Position numbers and translations under genes: made by a program. The notes under the pieces are model-generated. The model ran no database searches and was not told the DNA's origin. It worked only from the letters and a program-made list of their open reading frames with translations. DNA of 64,000 nt from the human T2T-CHM13v2.0 reference genome, Homo sapiens, in the NCBI RefSeq assembly GCF_009914755.1, contig NC_060927.1; one strand, 5' to 3'. Below are positions 45,601 through 63,600 of the stretch, piece by piece. Numbering within the stretch: position 1 is the stretch's first letter; every line of letters starts with the position of its first letter.

Positions 45601-48600
45601 ATAAAATATAGATTATATACTGTACATAAAATATCAAAGTACCCCAAATATATATTATATACTCTACATGAAATATCAAATTTCACAAACTATATATTAT
45701 ATACTGTACATAAAATATCAAAGTACCCAAGGTATATATTCTATACTGTACAAAAAATATCAGAGTACCCAAAGCATGTATTATGTACTGTATATAAAAT
45801 ATGAAAGTACATTAAAGATATATTTTATTCTGTACAAAAAATATCAAAGTACACCAGATATATATTCTATAGTGTACATAAAATAACAATGTACACAAAC
45901 TATAAATTATATACTGTACATAAAATATGAAATTACATCAAATATATATTAGGTACATAAAATATGAAAGTACATCAAATATAGATTATATACTGTACAT
46001 GTAATATCAATGTACCCCAAATATATATTTTATACTCTACATGAAATATCAAAGTTCACAAACCATACATTATATACTGTACATAAAATATCAAAGTACC
46101 CAAGGTATATATTCTATACTGTACAAATAATATCAAACTACCCAAAGCATGTATTATAAACTGTACATAAAATATGAAAGTACATCAAATATATATTTTA
46201 TTCTGTACATAAAATATCAAAGTACACCAGATATATATTCTATAGTGTACATAAAATATCAAAGTACCCAAACTATACATTATATACTGTACATAAAATA
46301 TGAAATTACATCAAATATATATTAGGTACATAAAATATGAAAGTACATCAAATATAGATTATATACTGTACATAAAATATCAAAGTACCCCAAATATATA
46401 TTATATACTCTACATGAAATATCAAAGTTCACAAACTATATATTATATACTGTACATAAAATATCAAAGTACCCAAGGTATATATTCTATATTGTACAAA
46501 AAATATCAAAGTACCCAAAGGATGTATTATATACTGTACATAAAATATGAAAGTACATCAAATATATATTTTATTCTGTACATAAAATATCAAAGTACAC
46601 CAGATATATATTCTATAGTGTACATAAAATAACAAAGTACACAAACTATACATTATATACTGTACATAAAATATGAAATTACATCAAATATATTTTAGGT
46701 ACATAAAATATGAAAGTACATCAAATATAGATTATATACTGTACATAAAATATCAATGTACCCCAAATATATATTTTATACTCTACATGAAATATCAAAG
46801 TTCACAAACCATATATTGTATACTGTACATAAAATATCAAAGTACCCAAGGTATATATTCTATACTATAAAAAAAATATCAAAGTACCCAAAGCATGTGT
46901 TATTTACTGTACATAAAATATGAAAGTACATCAAATATATATTTTATTCTGTACATAAAATATCAAAGTACACCAGATATATATTCTATAGTGTACATAA
47001 TATATCAAAATACCCAAACTATACTTTATATACTGTACATAAAATATGAGATTTCATCAAATATATATTATATTAGGTACATAAAATATGAAAGTACATC
47101 AAATATAGATTATATACTGTGCATAAAATATCAAAGTACCCCAAATATATATTATATACTCTACATGAAATATCAAAGTTCACAAACTATATATTATATA
47201 CTGTACATAAAATATCAAAGTACCCAAGGTATATATTCTATACTGTACAAAAAATATCAAAGTACCCAAAGCATGTATTATATACTGTATATAAAATAAG
47301 AAAGTACATTAAATACATATTTTATTCTGTACATAAAATATCAAAGTACACCAGATATATATTCTATAGCGTACATAAAATAACAAAGTACACAAACTAT
47401 AAATTATATACTGTACATAAAATATGAAATTACATCAAATATATATTAGGTACATAAAATATGAAAGTACATCAAATATAGATTATATACTGAACATATA
47501 ATATCAATGTACCCCAAATATATATTTTATACTCTACATGAAATATCAAAGTTCAGAAACCATACATTATATACTGTACATAAAATATCAAAGTACCCAA
47601 GGTATATATTCTATAATGTACAAAAAATATCAAAGTACCCAAAGCATGTATTATATACTGTACATAAAATATGAAAGTACATCAAATATATATTTTATTC
47701 TGTACATAAAATATCAAAGTACACCAGATATATATTCTATAGTGTACATAAAATATCAAAGTACCCAAACTATACATTATATACTGTACATAAAATATGA
47801 AATTACATCAAATATACATTAGGTACATAAAATATGAAAGTACATCAAATATAGATTATATACTGTACATAAAATATCAAAGTACCCCAAATATATATTA
47901 TATACTCTACATGAAATATCAAATTTCACAAACTATATATTATATACTGTACATAAAATATCAAAGTACCCAAGGTATATATTCTATACTGTACAAAAAA
48001 TATCAAAGTACCCAAAGCATGTATTATATATTGTATATAAAATATGAAAGTACATTAAAGATATATTTTATTCTGTACATAAAATATCAAAGTACACCAG
48101 ATATATATTCTATAGTGTACATAAAATAACAAAGTACACAAACTATAAATTATATACTGTACATAAAATATGAAATTACATCAAATATATATTAGGTACA
48201 TAAAATATGAAAGTACATCAAATATAGATTATATACTGTATATAAAATATCAATGTACCCCAAATATATATTTTATACTCTACATGAAATATCAAAGTTC
48301 ACAAACCATATATTATATACTGTACATAAAATATCAAAGTACCCAAGGTATATATTCTATACTATACAAAAAATATCAAAGTACCCAAAGCATGTATTAT
48401 ACACTGTACATAAAATATGAAAGTACATCAAATATATATTTTATTCTGTACATAAAATATCAAAGTACACCAGATATATATTCTATAGTGTACATAAAAT
48501 ATCAAAATACCCAAACTATACATTATATACTGTACATAAAATACGAGATTACATCAAATATATATTATATTAGGTACATAAAATATGAAAGTACATCAAA

Positions 48601-51600
48601 TATAGATTATATACTGTACATAAAATATCAAAGTACCCCGAATATATATTATATACTCTACATGAAATATCAAAGTTCACAAACTATATATTATATACTG
48701 TACATAAAATATCAAAGTACCCAAGGTATATATTCTATACTGTACAAAAGATATCAAAGTACCCAAAGCATGTATTATATACTGTATATAAAATATGAAA
48801 GTACATTAAATATATATTTTATTCTGTACATAAAATATCAAAGTACACCAGATATATATTCTATAGTGTAGATAAAATAACAAAGTACACAAACTATAAA
48901 TTATATACTGTACATAAAATATGAAATTACATCAAATATATATTAGGCACATAAAATATGAAAGTACATCAAATATAGATTATATACTGAACATATAATA
49001 TCAATGTACCCCAAATATATATTTGATACTCTACATGAAATATCAAAGTTCAGAAACCATACATTATATACTGTACATAAAATATCAAAGTACCCAAGGT
49101 ATATATTCTATACTGTACAAAAAATATCAAAGTACCCAAAGCATGTATTATATACTGTACATAATATATGAAAGTACATCAAATATATATTTTATTCTGT
49201 ACATAAAATATCAAAGTACACCAGATATATATTCTATAGTGTACATAAAATATCAAAGAACCCAAACTATACATTATATACTGTACATAAAATATGAAAT
49301 TACATCAAATATATATTAGGTACATAAAATATGAAAGTATATCAAATATAGATTATATACTGTACATAAAATATCAAAGTACCCCAAATATATATTATAT
49401 ACTCTACATGAAATATCAAAGTTCACAAACTATATATTATATACTGTACATAAAATATCAAAGTACCCAAGGTATATATTCTATACTGTACAAAAAATAT
49501 CAAGGTACCCAAAGCATGTATTATATACTGTACATAAAATATGAAAGTACATCAAATATATATTTTATTCTGTACATAAAATATCAAAGTACACCAGATA
49601 TATATTCTATAGTGTACATAAAATAACAAAGTACACAAACTATACATTATATACTGTACATAAAATATGAAATTACATCAAATATATATTAGGTACATAA
49701 AATATGAAAGAACATTAAACATAGATTATATACTGTACAAAAAATATCAAAGTACCCCAAATATATATTATATACTCTACATGAAATATCAAAGTTCACA
49801 AACTATATATTATATACTGTACATAAAATATCAAAGTACCCAAGGTATATATTCTATACTGTAAAAAAAATATCAGAGTACCCAAAGCATGTATTATATA
49901 CTGTACATAAAATATGAAAGTACATCAAATATACATTTAATTCTGTACTTAATATATCAAAGTACACCGGATATATATTCTATAGTGTACATAAAATAAC
50001 AAAGTACACAAACTATAAATTATATACTGTACATAAAATATGAAATTACATCAAATATATATTAGGTACATAAAATATGAAAGTACATCAAATATAGATT
50101 ATATACTGTACATAAAATATCAATGTACCCCAAATATATATTTTATACTATACATGAAATATCAAAGTTCACAAACCATATTTTGTATACTGTACATAAA
50201 ATATCAAAGTACCCAAGGTATATATTTTATACTCTACAAAAAATATCAAAATACCCAAAGCATGTATTATATACTGTACATAAAATATGAAAGTACATCG
50301 AATATATATTTTATTCTGTACATAAAATATCAAAGTACACCAGATATATATTCTATAGTGTACATAAAATATCAAAGTACCCAAACTATACATTATATTC
50401 TGTACATAAAATATGAAATTACATCAAATATATATTAGGTACATAAAATATGAAAGTACATCAAATATAGATTATATACTGTACATAAAATATCAAAGTA
50501 CCCCAAATATATATTATATTCTCTACATGAAATATCGAAGTTCACAAACTATATATTACATACTGTACATAAAATATCAAAGTACCCAAGGTATATATTC
50601 TATACTGCACAAAAAATTTCAAAGTACCCAAATCATGTATTATATACTGTATATAAAATATGAAAGTACATCAAATATATATTTTATTCTGTACATAAAA
50701 TATCAAAGTACACCAGATATATATTCTATAGTGTACATAAAATAACAAAGTACACAAACTATAAATTATATACTGTACATAAAATATGAAATTTCATCAA
50801 ATATATATTAGGTACATAAAATATGAAAGTACATCAAATATAGATTATATACTGTACATATATTATCAATGTACCCCAAATATGTATTTTATACTCTACA
50901 TGAATTATCAAAGTTCACAAACCATATATTATATACTCTACATAAAATATCAAAGTACCCAAGGTATATATTCTATACTGTACAAAAAATATCAAAGTAC
51001 CCAAAGCATGTTTTATATACTGTACATAAAATATGAAAGTACATCAAATATATATTTTATTCTGTACATAAAATATCAAAGTACACCAGATATATATTCT
51101 ACAGTGTACATAAAATATCAAAGTACCCAAACTATACATTATATACTGTACATAAAATATGAAATTACATCAAATATATTTTATATTAGGTACATAAAAT
51201 ATGAAAGTACATCAAATATAGATTATATACTGTACATTAAATACCAAAGTACCCCAAATATATATTTTATACTGTACATGAAATATCAAAGTTCACAAAC
51301 TATATATTATATACTGTACATATAATATCAAAGTACCCAAGGTATATATTCTATACTGTACAAAAAATAACAAAGTACCAAAAGCATGTATTATATACTG
51401 TACCTAAAATATGAAAGTACATGAAATATATATTTTATTCTGTACATAAAATATCAAAGTACACCAGATATATATTCTATAGTGTACATAAAATATCAAA
51501 ATACCCAAACTATACATTATATACTGTACATAAAATATGAAATTACATCAAATATATATTATATTAGGTACATAAAATATGAAAGTACATCAAATATAGA

Positions 51601-54600
51601 TTATATACTGTACATTAAATACCAAAGTACCCCAAATATATATTTTATACTGTACGTGAAATATCAAAGTTCACAAACTATATATTATATACTGTACATA
51701 AAATATCAAAGTACCCAAGGTATATATTCTATACTGTACAAAAAATATCAAATTACCCAAAGCATGTATTATATACTGTACCTAAAATATGAAAGTACAT
51801 CAAATATATATTTTATTCTGTACATAAAATATCAAAGTACACCAGATATATATTCTATAGTGTACATAAAATAACAAAGTACAAAAACTATAAATTATAT
51901 ACTGTACATAAAATATGAAATTACACCAAATATATATTAGGTACATAAAATATGAAAGTACATCAAATATAGATTATATACTGTACATATAATATCAATG
52001 TACCCCAAATATATATTTTATACTCTACATGAAATATCAAAGTTCACAAACCATATATTATATACTGTACATAAAATATCAAAGTACCCAAGGTATATAT
52101 TCTATACTATTCAAAAAATATCAAAGTAACCAAAGCATGTATTATATACTGTACATAAAATATGAAAGTACATCAAATATATATTTTATTCTGTACATAA
52201 AATATCAAAGTACACCAGATATATATTCTATAGTGTACATAAAATATCAAAGTACCCAAACTATACATTACATACTGTACATAAAATATGAAATTACATC
52301 AAATATATATTATATTAGGTACATAAAATATGAAAGTACATCAAATATAGATTATATACTGTACATAAAATATCAAAGTACCCCAAATATATATTATATA
52401 CTCTACATGAAATATCAAAGTTCACAAACTATATATTATATACTGTACATAAAATAAAGTACCCAAGGTACATATTCTATACTGTACAAAAAATATCAAA
52501 GTACCCAAAGCATGTATTATATACTGTATATAAAATATGAAATTACATCAAATATATATTTTATTCTGTACGTAAAATATCAAAGTACACCAGATATATA
52601 TTCTATAGTGTACATAAAATAACAAAGTACAAAAACTATAAATTATATACTGTACATAAAATATGAAATTACATCAAATATATATTAGGTACATAAAATA
52701 TGAAAGTACATCAAATATAGATTATATACTGTACATTAAATACCAAAGTACCCCAAATATATATTTTATACTGTACATGAAATATCAAAGTTCACAAACT
52801 ATATATTATATACTGTACATAAAATATCAAAGTACCCAAGGTATATATTCTATACTGTACAAAAGATATCAACGTACCCAAAGCATGTATTATATACTGT
52901 ACATAAAATATGAAAGTACATCAAATATATATTTTATTCTGTACATAAAATATCAAAGTACACCAGATATATATTCTATAGTGTACAAAAAATAACAAAG
53001 TACACAAACTATACATTATATACTGTACATAAAATATGAAATTACATCAAATATATATTATGTACATAAAATATGAAAGTACATCAAATATAGATTATAT
53101 ACTGAACATATAATATCAATGTACCCCAAATATATATTTTATACTCTATATGAAATATCAAAGTTCAGAAACCATACATTATATACTGTACATAAAATAT
53201 CAAAGTACCCAAGGTATATATTCTATACTGTACAAAAAATATCAAAGTACCCAAAGCATGTATTATATACTGTACATAAAATATGAAAGTACATCAAATA
53301 TATATTTTATTCTGTACATAAAATATCAAAGTACACCAGATATATATTCTATAGTGTACATAAAATATCAAAGTACCCAAACTATACATTATATACTGTA
53401 CATAAAATATGAAATTACATCAAATATATATTAGGTACATAAAATATGAAAGTACATAAAATATAGATTATATACTGTACATAAAATATCAAAGTACCCC
53501 AAATATATATTATATACTCTACATGAAATATCAAATTTCACAAACTATATATTATATACTGTACATAAAATATCAAAGTACCCAAGGTATATATTCTATA
53601 CTGTACAAAAAATATCAGAGTACCCAAAGCATGTATTATATACTGTATATAAAATATGAAAGTACATTAAAGATATATTTTATTCTGTACAAAAAATATC
53701 AAAGTACACCAGATATATATTCTATAGTGTACATAAAATAACAATGTACACAAACTATAAATTATATACTGTACATAAAATATGAAATTACATCAAATAT
53801 ATATTAGGTACATAAAATATGAAAGTACATCAAATATAGATTATATACTGTACATGTAATATCAATGTACCCCAAATATATATTTTATACTCTACATGAA
53901 ATATCAAAGTTCACAAACCATACATTATATACTGTACATAAAATATCAAAGTACCCAAGGTATATATTCTATACTGTAGAAATAATATCAAACTACCCAA
54001 AGCATGTATTATAAACTGTACATAAAATATGAAAGTACATCAAATATATATTTTATTCTGTACATAAAATATCAAAGTACACCAGATACATATTCTATAG
54101 TGTACATAAAATATCAAAGTACCCAAACTATACATTATATACTGTACATAAAATATGAAATTACATCAAATATATATTAGGTACATAAAATATGAAAGTA
54201 CATCAAATATAGATTATATACTGTACATAAAATATCAAAGTACCCCAAATATATATTATATACTCTACATGAAATATCAAAGTTCACAAACTATATATTA
54301 TATACTGTACATAAAATATCAAAGTACCCAAGGTATATATTCTATACTGTACAAAAAATATCAAAGTACCCAAAGGATGTATTATATACTGTACATAAAA
54401 TATGAAAGTACATCAAATATATATTTTATTCTGTACATAAAATATCAAAGTACACCAGATATATATTCTATAGTGTGCATAAAATAACAAAGTACACAAA
54501 CTATACATTATATACTGTACATAAAATATGAAATTACATCAAATATATTTTAGGTACATAAAATATGAAAGTACATCAAATATAGATTATATACTGTACA

Positions 54601-57600
54601 TAAAATATCAATGTACCCCAAATATATATTTTATACTCTACATGAAATATCAAAGTTCAGAAACCATATATTATATACTGTACATAAAATATCAAAGTAC
54701 CCAAGGTATATATTCTATACTATAAAAAAAATATCAAAGTACCCAAAGCCTGTGTTATTTACTGTACATAAAATATGAAAGTACATCAAATATATATTTT
54801 ATTCTGTACATAAAATATCAAAGTACACCAGATATATATTCTATAGTGTACATAATATATCAAAATACCCAAACTATACATTATATACTGTACATAAAAT
54901 ATGAGATTACATCAAATATATATTATATTAGGTACATAAAATATGAAAGTACATCAAATATAGATTATATACTGTGCATAAAATATCAAAGTACCCCAAA
55001 TATATATTATATACTCTATATGAAATATCAAAGTTCACAAACTATATATTATATACTGTACATAAAATATCAAAGTACCCAAGGTATATATTCTATACTG
55101 TACAAAAAATATCAAAGTACCCAAAGCATGTATTATATACTGTATATAAAATAAGAAAGTACATTAAATACATATTTTATTCTGTACATAAAATATCAAA
55201 GTACACCAGATATATATTCTATAGCGTACATAAAATAACAAAGTACACAAACTATAAATTATATACTGTACATAAAATATGAAATTACATCAAATATATA
55301 TTAGGTACATAAAATATGAAAGTACATCAAATATAGATTATATACTGAACATATAATATCAATGTACCCCAAATATATATTTTATACTCTACATGAAATA
55401 TCAAAGTTCAGAAACCATACATTATATACTGTACATAAAATATCAAAGTACCCAAGGTATATATTCTATAATGTACAAAAAATATCAAAGTACCCAAAGC
55501 ATGTATTATATACTGTACATAAAATATGAAAGTACATCAAATATATATTTTATTCTGTACATAAAATATCAAAGTACACCAGATATATATTCTATAGTGT
55601 ACATAAAATATCAAAGTACCCAAACTATACATTATATACTGTACATAAAATATGAAATTACATCAAATATACATTAGGTACATAAAATATGAAAGTACAT
55701 CAAATATAGATTATATACTGTACATAAAATATCAAAGTACCCCAAATATATATTATATACTCTACATGAAATATCAAATTTCACAAACTATATATTATAT
55801 ACTGTACATAAAATATCAAAGTACCCAAGGTATATATTCTATACTGTACAAAAAATATCAAAGTACCCAAAGCATGTATTATATATTGTATATAAAATAT
55901 GAAAGTACATTAAAGATATATTTTATTCTGTACATAAAATATCAAAGTACACCAGATATATATTCTATAGTGTACATAAAATAACAAAGTACACAAACTA
56001 TAAATTATATACTGTACATAAAATATGAAATTACATCAAATATATATTAGGTACATAAAATATGAAAGTACATCAAATATAGATTATATACTGTATATAA
56101 AATATCAATGTACCCCAAATATATATTTTATACTCTACATGAAATATCAAAGTTCACAAACCATATATTATATACTGTACATAAAATATCAAAGTACCCA
56201 AGGTATATATTCTATACTATACAAAAAATATCAAAGTACCCAAAGCATGTATTATACACTGTACATAAAATATGAAAGTACATCAAATATATATTTTATT
56301 CTGTACATAAAATATCAAAGTACACTAGATATATATTCTATAGTGTACATAAAATATCAAAATACCCAAACTATACATTATATACTGTACATAAAATATG
56401 AGATTACATCAAATATATATTATATTAGGTACATAAAATATGAAAGTACATCAAATATAGATTATATACTGTACATAAAATATCAAAGTACCCCGAATAT
56501 ATATTATATACTCTACATGAAATATCAAAGTTCACAAACTATATATTATATACTGTACATAAAATATCAAAGTACCCAAGGTATATATTCTATACTGTAC
56601 AAAAGATATCAAAGTACCCAAAGCATGTATTATATACTGTATATAAAATATGAAAGTACATTAAATATATATTTTATTCTGTACATAAAATATCAAAGTA
56701 CACCAGATATATATTCTATAGTGTAGATAAAATAACAAAGTACACAAACTATAAATTATATACTGTACATAAAATATGAAATTACATCAAATATATATTA
56801 GGTACATAAAATATGAAAGTACATCAAATATAGATTATATACTGAACATATAATATCAATGTACCCCAAATATATATTTGATACTCTACATGAAATATCA
56901 AAGTTCAGAAACCATACATTATATACTGTACATAAAATATCAAAGTTCCCAAGGTATATATTCTATACTGTACAAAAAATATCAAAGTACCCAAAGCATG
57001 TATTATATACTGTACATAATATATGAAAGTACATCAAATATATATTTTATTCTGTACATAAAATATCAAAGTACACCAGATATATATTCTATAGTGTACA
57101 TAAAATATCAAAGAACCCAAACTATACATTATATACTGTACATAAAATATGAAATTACATCAAATATATATTAGGTACATAAAATATGAAAGTATATCAA
57201 ATATAGATTATATATTGTACATAAAATATCAAAGTACCCCAAATATATATTATATACTCTACATGAAATATCAAAGTTCACAAACTATATATTATATACT
57301 GTACATAAAATATCAAAGTACCCAAGGTATATATTCTATACTGTACAAAAAATATCAAGGTACCCAAAGCATGTATTATATACTGTACATAAAATATGAA
57401 AGTACATCAAATATATATTTTATTCTGTACATAAAATATCAAAGTACACCAGATATATATTCTATAGTGTACATAAAATAACAAAGTACACAAACTATAC
57501 ATTATATACTGTACATAAAATATGAAATTACATCAAATATATATTAGGTACATAAAATATGAAAGAACATTAAACATAGATTATATACTGTACAAAAAAT

Positions 57601-60600
57601 ATCAAAGTACCCCAAATATATATTATATACTCTACATGAAATATCAAAGTTCACAAACTATATATTATATACTGTACATAAAATATCAAAGTACCCAAGG
57701 TATATATTCTATACTGTAAAAAAAATATCAGAGTACCCAAAGCATGTATTATATACTGTACATAAAATATGAAAGTACATCAAATATATATTTAATTCTG
57801 TACTTAATATATCAAAGTACACCGGATATATATTCTATAGTGTACATAAAATAACAAAGTACACAAACTATAAATTATATACTGTACATAAAATATGAAA
57901 TTACATCAAATATATATTAGGTACATAAAATATGAAAGTACATCAAATATAGATTATATACTGTACATAAAATATCAATGTACCCCAAATATATATTTTA
58001 TACTATACATGAAATATCAAAGTTCACAAACCATATTTTGTATACTGTACATAAAATATCAAAGTACCCAAGGTATATATTTTATACTCTACAAAAAATA
58101 TCAAAATACCCAAAGCATGTATTATATACTGTACATAAAATATGAAAGTACATCGAATATATATTTTATTCTGTACATAAAATATCAAAGTACACCAGAT
58201 ATATATTCTATAGTGTACATAAAATATCAAAGTACCCAAACTATACATTATATTCTGTACATAAAATATGAAATTACATCAAATATATATTAGGTACATA
58301 AAATATGAAAGTACATCAAATATAGATTATATACTGTACATAAAATATCAAAGTACCCCAAATATATATTATATACTCTACATGAAATATCAAAGTTCAC
58401 AAACTATATATTATATTCTGTACATAAAATATGAAATTACATCAAATATATAGTATATTAGGTACATAAAATATGAAAGTACATCAAATATATATTTTAT
58501 TCTGTACATAAAATATCAAAGAACACCAGATATATATTCTATAGTGTACATAAAATATCAAAGTACCCAAACTATACATTATATACTGTACATAAAATAT
58601 GAAATTACATCATATATATATTAGGTACATAAAATATGAAAGTACATCAAATATATATTTTATTCTGTACATAAAATATCAAAGTACACCAGATATATAT
58701 TCTATAGTGTACTTAAAATAACAAAGTACACAAACTATAAATTATATACTGTACATAAAATATGAAATTACATCAAATATATATTAGGTACATAAAATAT
58801 GAAAGTACATCAAATATAGATTATATACTGTACATATAATATCAATGTACCCGAAATATATATTTTATACTCTACATGAAATATCAAAGTTCACAAACCA
58901 TATATTGTATACTGCACATAAAATATCAAAATACCCAAGGTATATATTCTATACTGTACAAAAAATATCAAAGTACCCAAAGCAGGTATTATATACTGTA
59001 TATAAAATATGAAACTACATCAAATATATATTTTATTCTGTACATAAAATATCAAAGTACACCAGATATATATTCTATAGTGTACATAAAATATGAAGGT
59101 ACCCAAACTATACATTATATACTGTACATAAAATATGAAATTACATCAAATATATATTATATTAGGTACATAAAATACGAAAGTACATCAAATATAGATT
59201 ATATACTGTACATAAAATATCAAAGTACCCCAATATATATTATATACTGTACATGAAATATCAAAGTTCACAAACTATATATTATGTACTGTACATAAAA
59301 TATCAAAGTACCCAAGGTATATATTCTATACTGTACAAAAAATATCAAAGTACCCAAAGCATGTATTATATAATGTACATAAAATATGAAAGTACATCAA
59401 ATATATATTTTATTCTGTACATAAAATGTCAAAGAACACCAGATATATATTCTATAGTGTACATAAAATATCAAAGTACCCAAACTATACATTATATACT
59501 GTACATAAAATATGAAATTACATCATATATATATTAGGTACATAAAATATGAAAGTACATCAAATATATATTTTATTCTGTACATAAAATATCAAAGTAC
59601 ACCAGATATATATTCTATAGTGTACATAAAATAACAAAGTACACAAAGTATAAATTATATACTGTACATAAAATATGAAATTACATCAAATATATATTAG
59701 GTACATAAAATATGAAAGTACATCAAATATAGATTATATACTGTACATATAATATCAATGTACCCGAAATATATATTTTATACTCTACATGAAATATCAA
59801 AGTTCACAAACCATATATTGTATACTGCACATAAAATATCAAAATACCCAAGGTATATATTCTATACTGTACAAAAAATATCAAAGTACCCAAAGCAGGT
59901 ATTATATACTGTACATAAAATATGAAAGTACATCAAATATATATTTTATTCTGTACATAAAATATCAAAGTACACCAGATATATATTCTATAGCGTACAT
60001 AAAATATCAAAGTACACAAACTATACATTATATACTGTACATAAAATATGAAATTACATCAAATATATATTATATTAGGTATAAAAAATATGAAAGTACA
60101 TCAAGTATAGATTATATACTGTAAATATAATATTATTGTACCCCAAATATATATTTTATACTCTACATGAAATATCAAAGTTCACAAACCATATATTATA
60201 TACTGTACATAAAATATCAAAGTACCCAAGGTATATATTCTATACTGTACAAAAAATATCAAAGTACCCAAAGCATGTATTATATACTGTACATAAAATA
60301 TGAAAGTACATCAAATATATATTTTATTCTGTACATAAAATATCAAAGTACACCAGATATATATTCTATAGTGTACATAAAATATCAAAGTACCCAAACT
60401 ACACATTATATACTGTACATAAAATATGAAATTACATCAAATATATATTATATTAGGTACATGAAATATGAAAGTACATCAAATATAGATTATATACTGT
60501 ACATAAAATATGAAAGTACCCCAAATATATATTATATACTCTGCATGAAATATCAAAGTTCACAAACTATATATTATATACTGTATATAAAATATCAAAG

Positions 60601-63600
60601 TACCCAAGGTATATATTCTATACTGTACAAAAAATATCAAAGTATCCAAAGCATGTATTATATACTGTATATAAAATATGAAAGTACATCAAATATATAT
60701 TTTATTCTGTACATAAAATATCAAAGTACACCAGATATATATTCTATAGTGTACATAAAATATCAAAGCACCCAAACTATACATTATATACTGTACATAA
60801 AATATGAAATTACAGCAAATATATATTATATTAGGTACATAAAATATGAAAGTACATCAAATATAGATTATATACTGTACATTAAATACCAAAGTACCCC
60901 AAATATATATTTTATACTGTACATGAAATATCAAAGTTCACAAACTATATATTATATACTGTACATAAAATATCAATGTACCCAAGGTATATATTCTACA
61001 CTGCACAAAAAATATCAAAGTACCCAAAGCATGTATTATATACTGTATATAAAATATGAAAGTACATCAAATATATATTTTATTCTGTACATAAAATATC
61101 AAAGTACACCAGATAGATATTCTATAGTGTACATAAAATATCAAAGTACCCAAACTATACATTATATACTGTACATAAAATATGAAATTACATCAAATAT
61201 ATATTATATTAGGTACATAAAATACGAAAGTACATCAAATATAGATTATATACTGTACATAAAATATCAAAGTACCCCAATATATATTATATACTGTACA
61301 TGAAATATCAAAGTTCACAAACTATATATTATGTACTGTACATAAAATATCAAAGTACCCAAGGTATATATTCTATACTGTACAAAAAATATCAAAGTAC
61401 CGAAAGCATGTATTATATAATGTACATAAAATATGAAAGTACATCAAATATATATTTTATTCTGTACATAAAATATCAAAGAACACCAGATATATATTCT
61501 ATAGTGTACATAAAATATCAAAGTACCCAAACTATACATTATATACTGTACATAAAATATGAAATTACATCATATATATATTAGGTACATAAAATATGAA
61601 AGTACATCAAATATATATTTTATTCTGTACATAAAATATCAAAGTACACCAGATATATATTCTATAGTGTACATAAAATATCAAAGTACCCAAACTATAC
61701 ATTATATACTGTACATAAAATATGAAATTACAGCAAATATATATTATATTAGGTACATAAAATATGAAAGTACATCAAATATAGATTATATACTGTACAT
61801 TAAATACCAAAGTACCCCAAATATATATTTTATACTGTACATGAAATATCAAAGTTCACAAACTATATATTATATACTGTACATAAAATATCAATGTACC
61901 CAAGGTATATATTCTATACTGCACAAAAAATATCAAAGTACCCAAAGCATGTATTATATACTGTATATAAAATATGAAAGTACATCAAATATATATTTTA
62001 TTCTGTACATAAAATATCAAAGTACACCAGATATATATTCTATAGTGTACATAAAATATCAAAGTACCCAAACTATACATTATATACTGTACATAAAATA
62101 TGAAATTACATCAAATATATATTATATTAGGTACATAAAATACGAAAGTACATCAAATATAGATTATATACTGTACATAAAATATCAAAGTACCCCAATA
62201 TATATTATATACTGTACATGAAATATCAAAGTTCACAAACTATATATTATGTACTGTACATAAAATATCAAAGTACCCAAGGTATATATTCTATACTGTA
62301 CAAAAAATATCAAAGTACCCAAAGCATGTATTATATAATGTACATAAAATATGAAAGTACATCAAATATATATTTTATTCTGTACATAAAATATCAAAGA
62401 ACACCAGATATATATTCTATAGTGTACATAAAATATCAAAGTACCCAAACTATACATTATATACTGTACATAAAATATGAAATTACATCATATATATATT
62501 AGGTACATAAAATATGAAAGTACATCAAATATATATTTTATTCTGTACATAAAATATCAAAGTACACCAGATATATATTCTATAGTGTACATAAAATATC
62601 AAAGTACACAAACTATACATTATATACTGTACATAAAATATGAAATTACAGCAAATATATATTATATTAGGTACATAAAATATGAAAGTACATCAAATAT
62701 AGATTATATACTGTACATTAAATACCAAAGTACCCCAAATATATATTTTATACTGTACATGAAATATCAAAGTTGACAAACTATATATTATATACTGTAC
62801 ATAAAATATCAATGTACCCAAGGTATATATTCTATACTGCACAAAAAATATCAAAGTACCCAAAGCATGTATTATATACTGTATATAAAATATGAAAGTA
62901 CATCAAATATATATTTTATTCTGTACATAAAATATCAAAGTACACCAGATATATATTCTATAGTGTACATAAAATATCAAAGTACCCAAACTATACATTA
63001 TATACTGTACATAAAATATGAAATTACATCAAATATATATTATATTAGGTACATAAAATACAAAAGTACATCAAATATAGATTATATACTGTACATAAAA
63101 TATCAAAGTACCCCAATATATATTATATACTGTACATGAAATATCAAAGTTCACAAACTATATATTATGTACTGTACATAAAATATCAAAGTACCCAAGG
63201 TATATATTCTATACTGTACAAAAAATATCAAAGTACCCAAAGCATGTATTATATAATGTACATAAAATATGAAAGTACATCAAATATATATTTTATTCTG
63301 TACATAAAATATCAAAGAACACCAGATATATATTCTATAGTGTACATAAAATATCAAAGTACCCAAACTATACATTATATACTGTACATAAAATATGAAA
63401 TTACATCATATATATATTAGGTACATAAAATATGAAAGTACATCAAATATATATTTTATTCTGTACATAAAATATCAAAGTACACCAGATATATATTCTA
63501 TAGTGTACATAAAATAACAAAGTACACAAACTATAAATTATATACTGTACATAAAATATGAAATTACATCAAATATATATTAGGTACATAAAATATGAAA

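Noticed and set aside
57-63420. Numerous Tyr/Ile/Lys-rich ORFs as protein-coding genes
   Set aside because: They are translations of the 42-bp monomer with a 14-aa period. They start and stop at recurrent satellite variants, are frequently frameshifted, and show no recognisable domain or gene structure.
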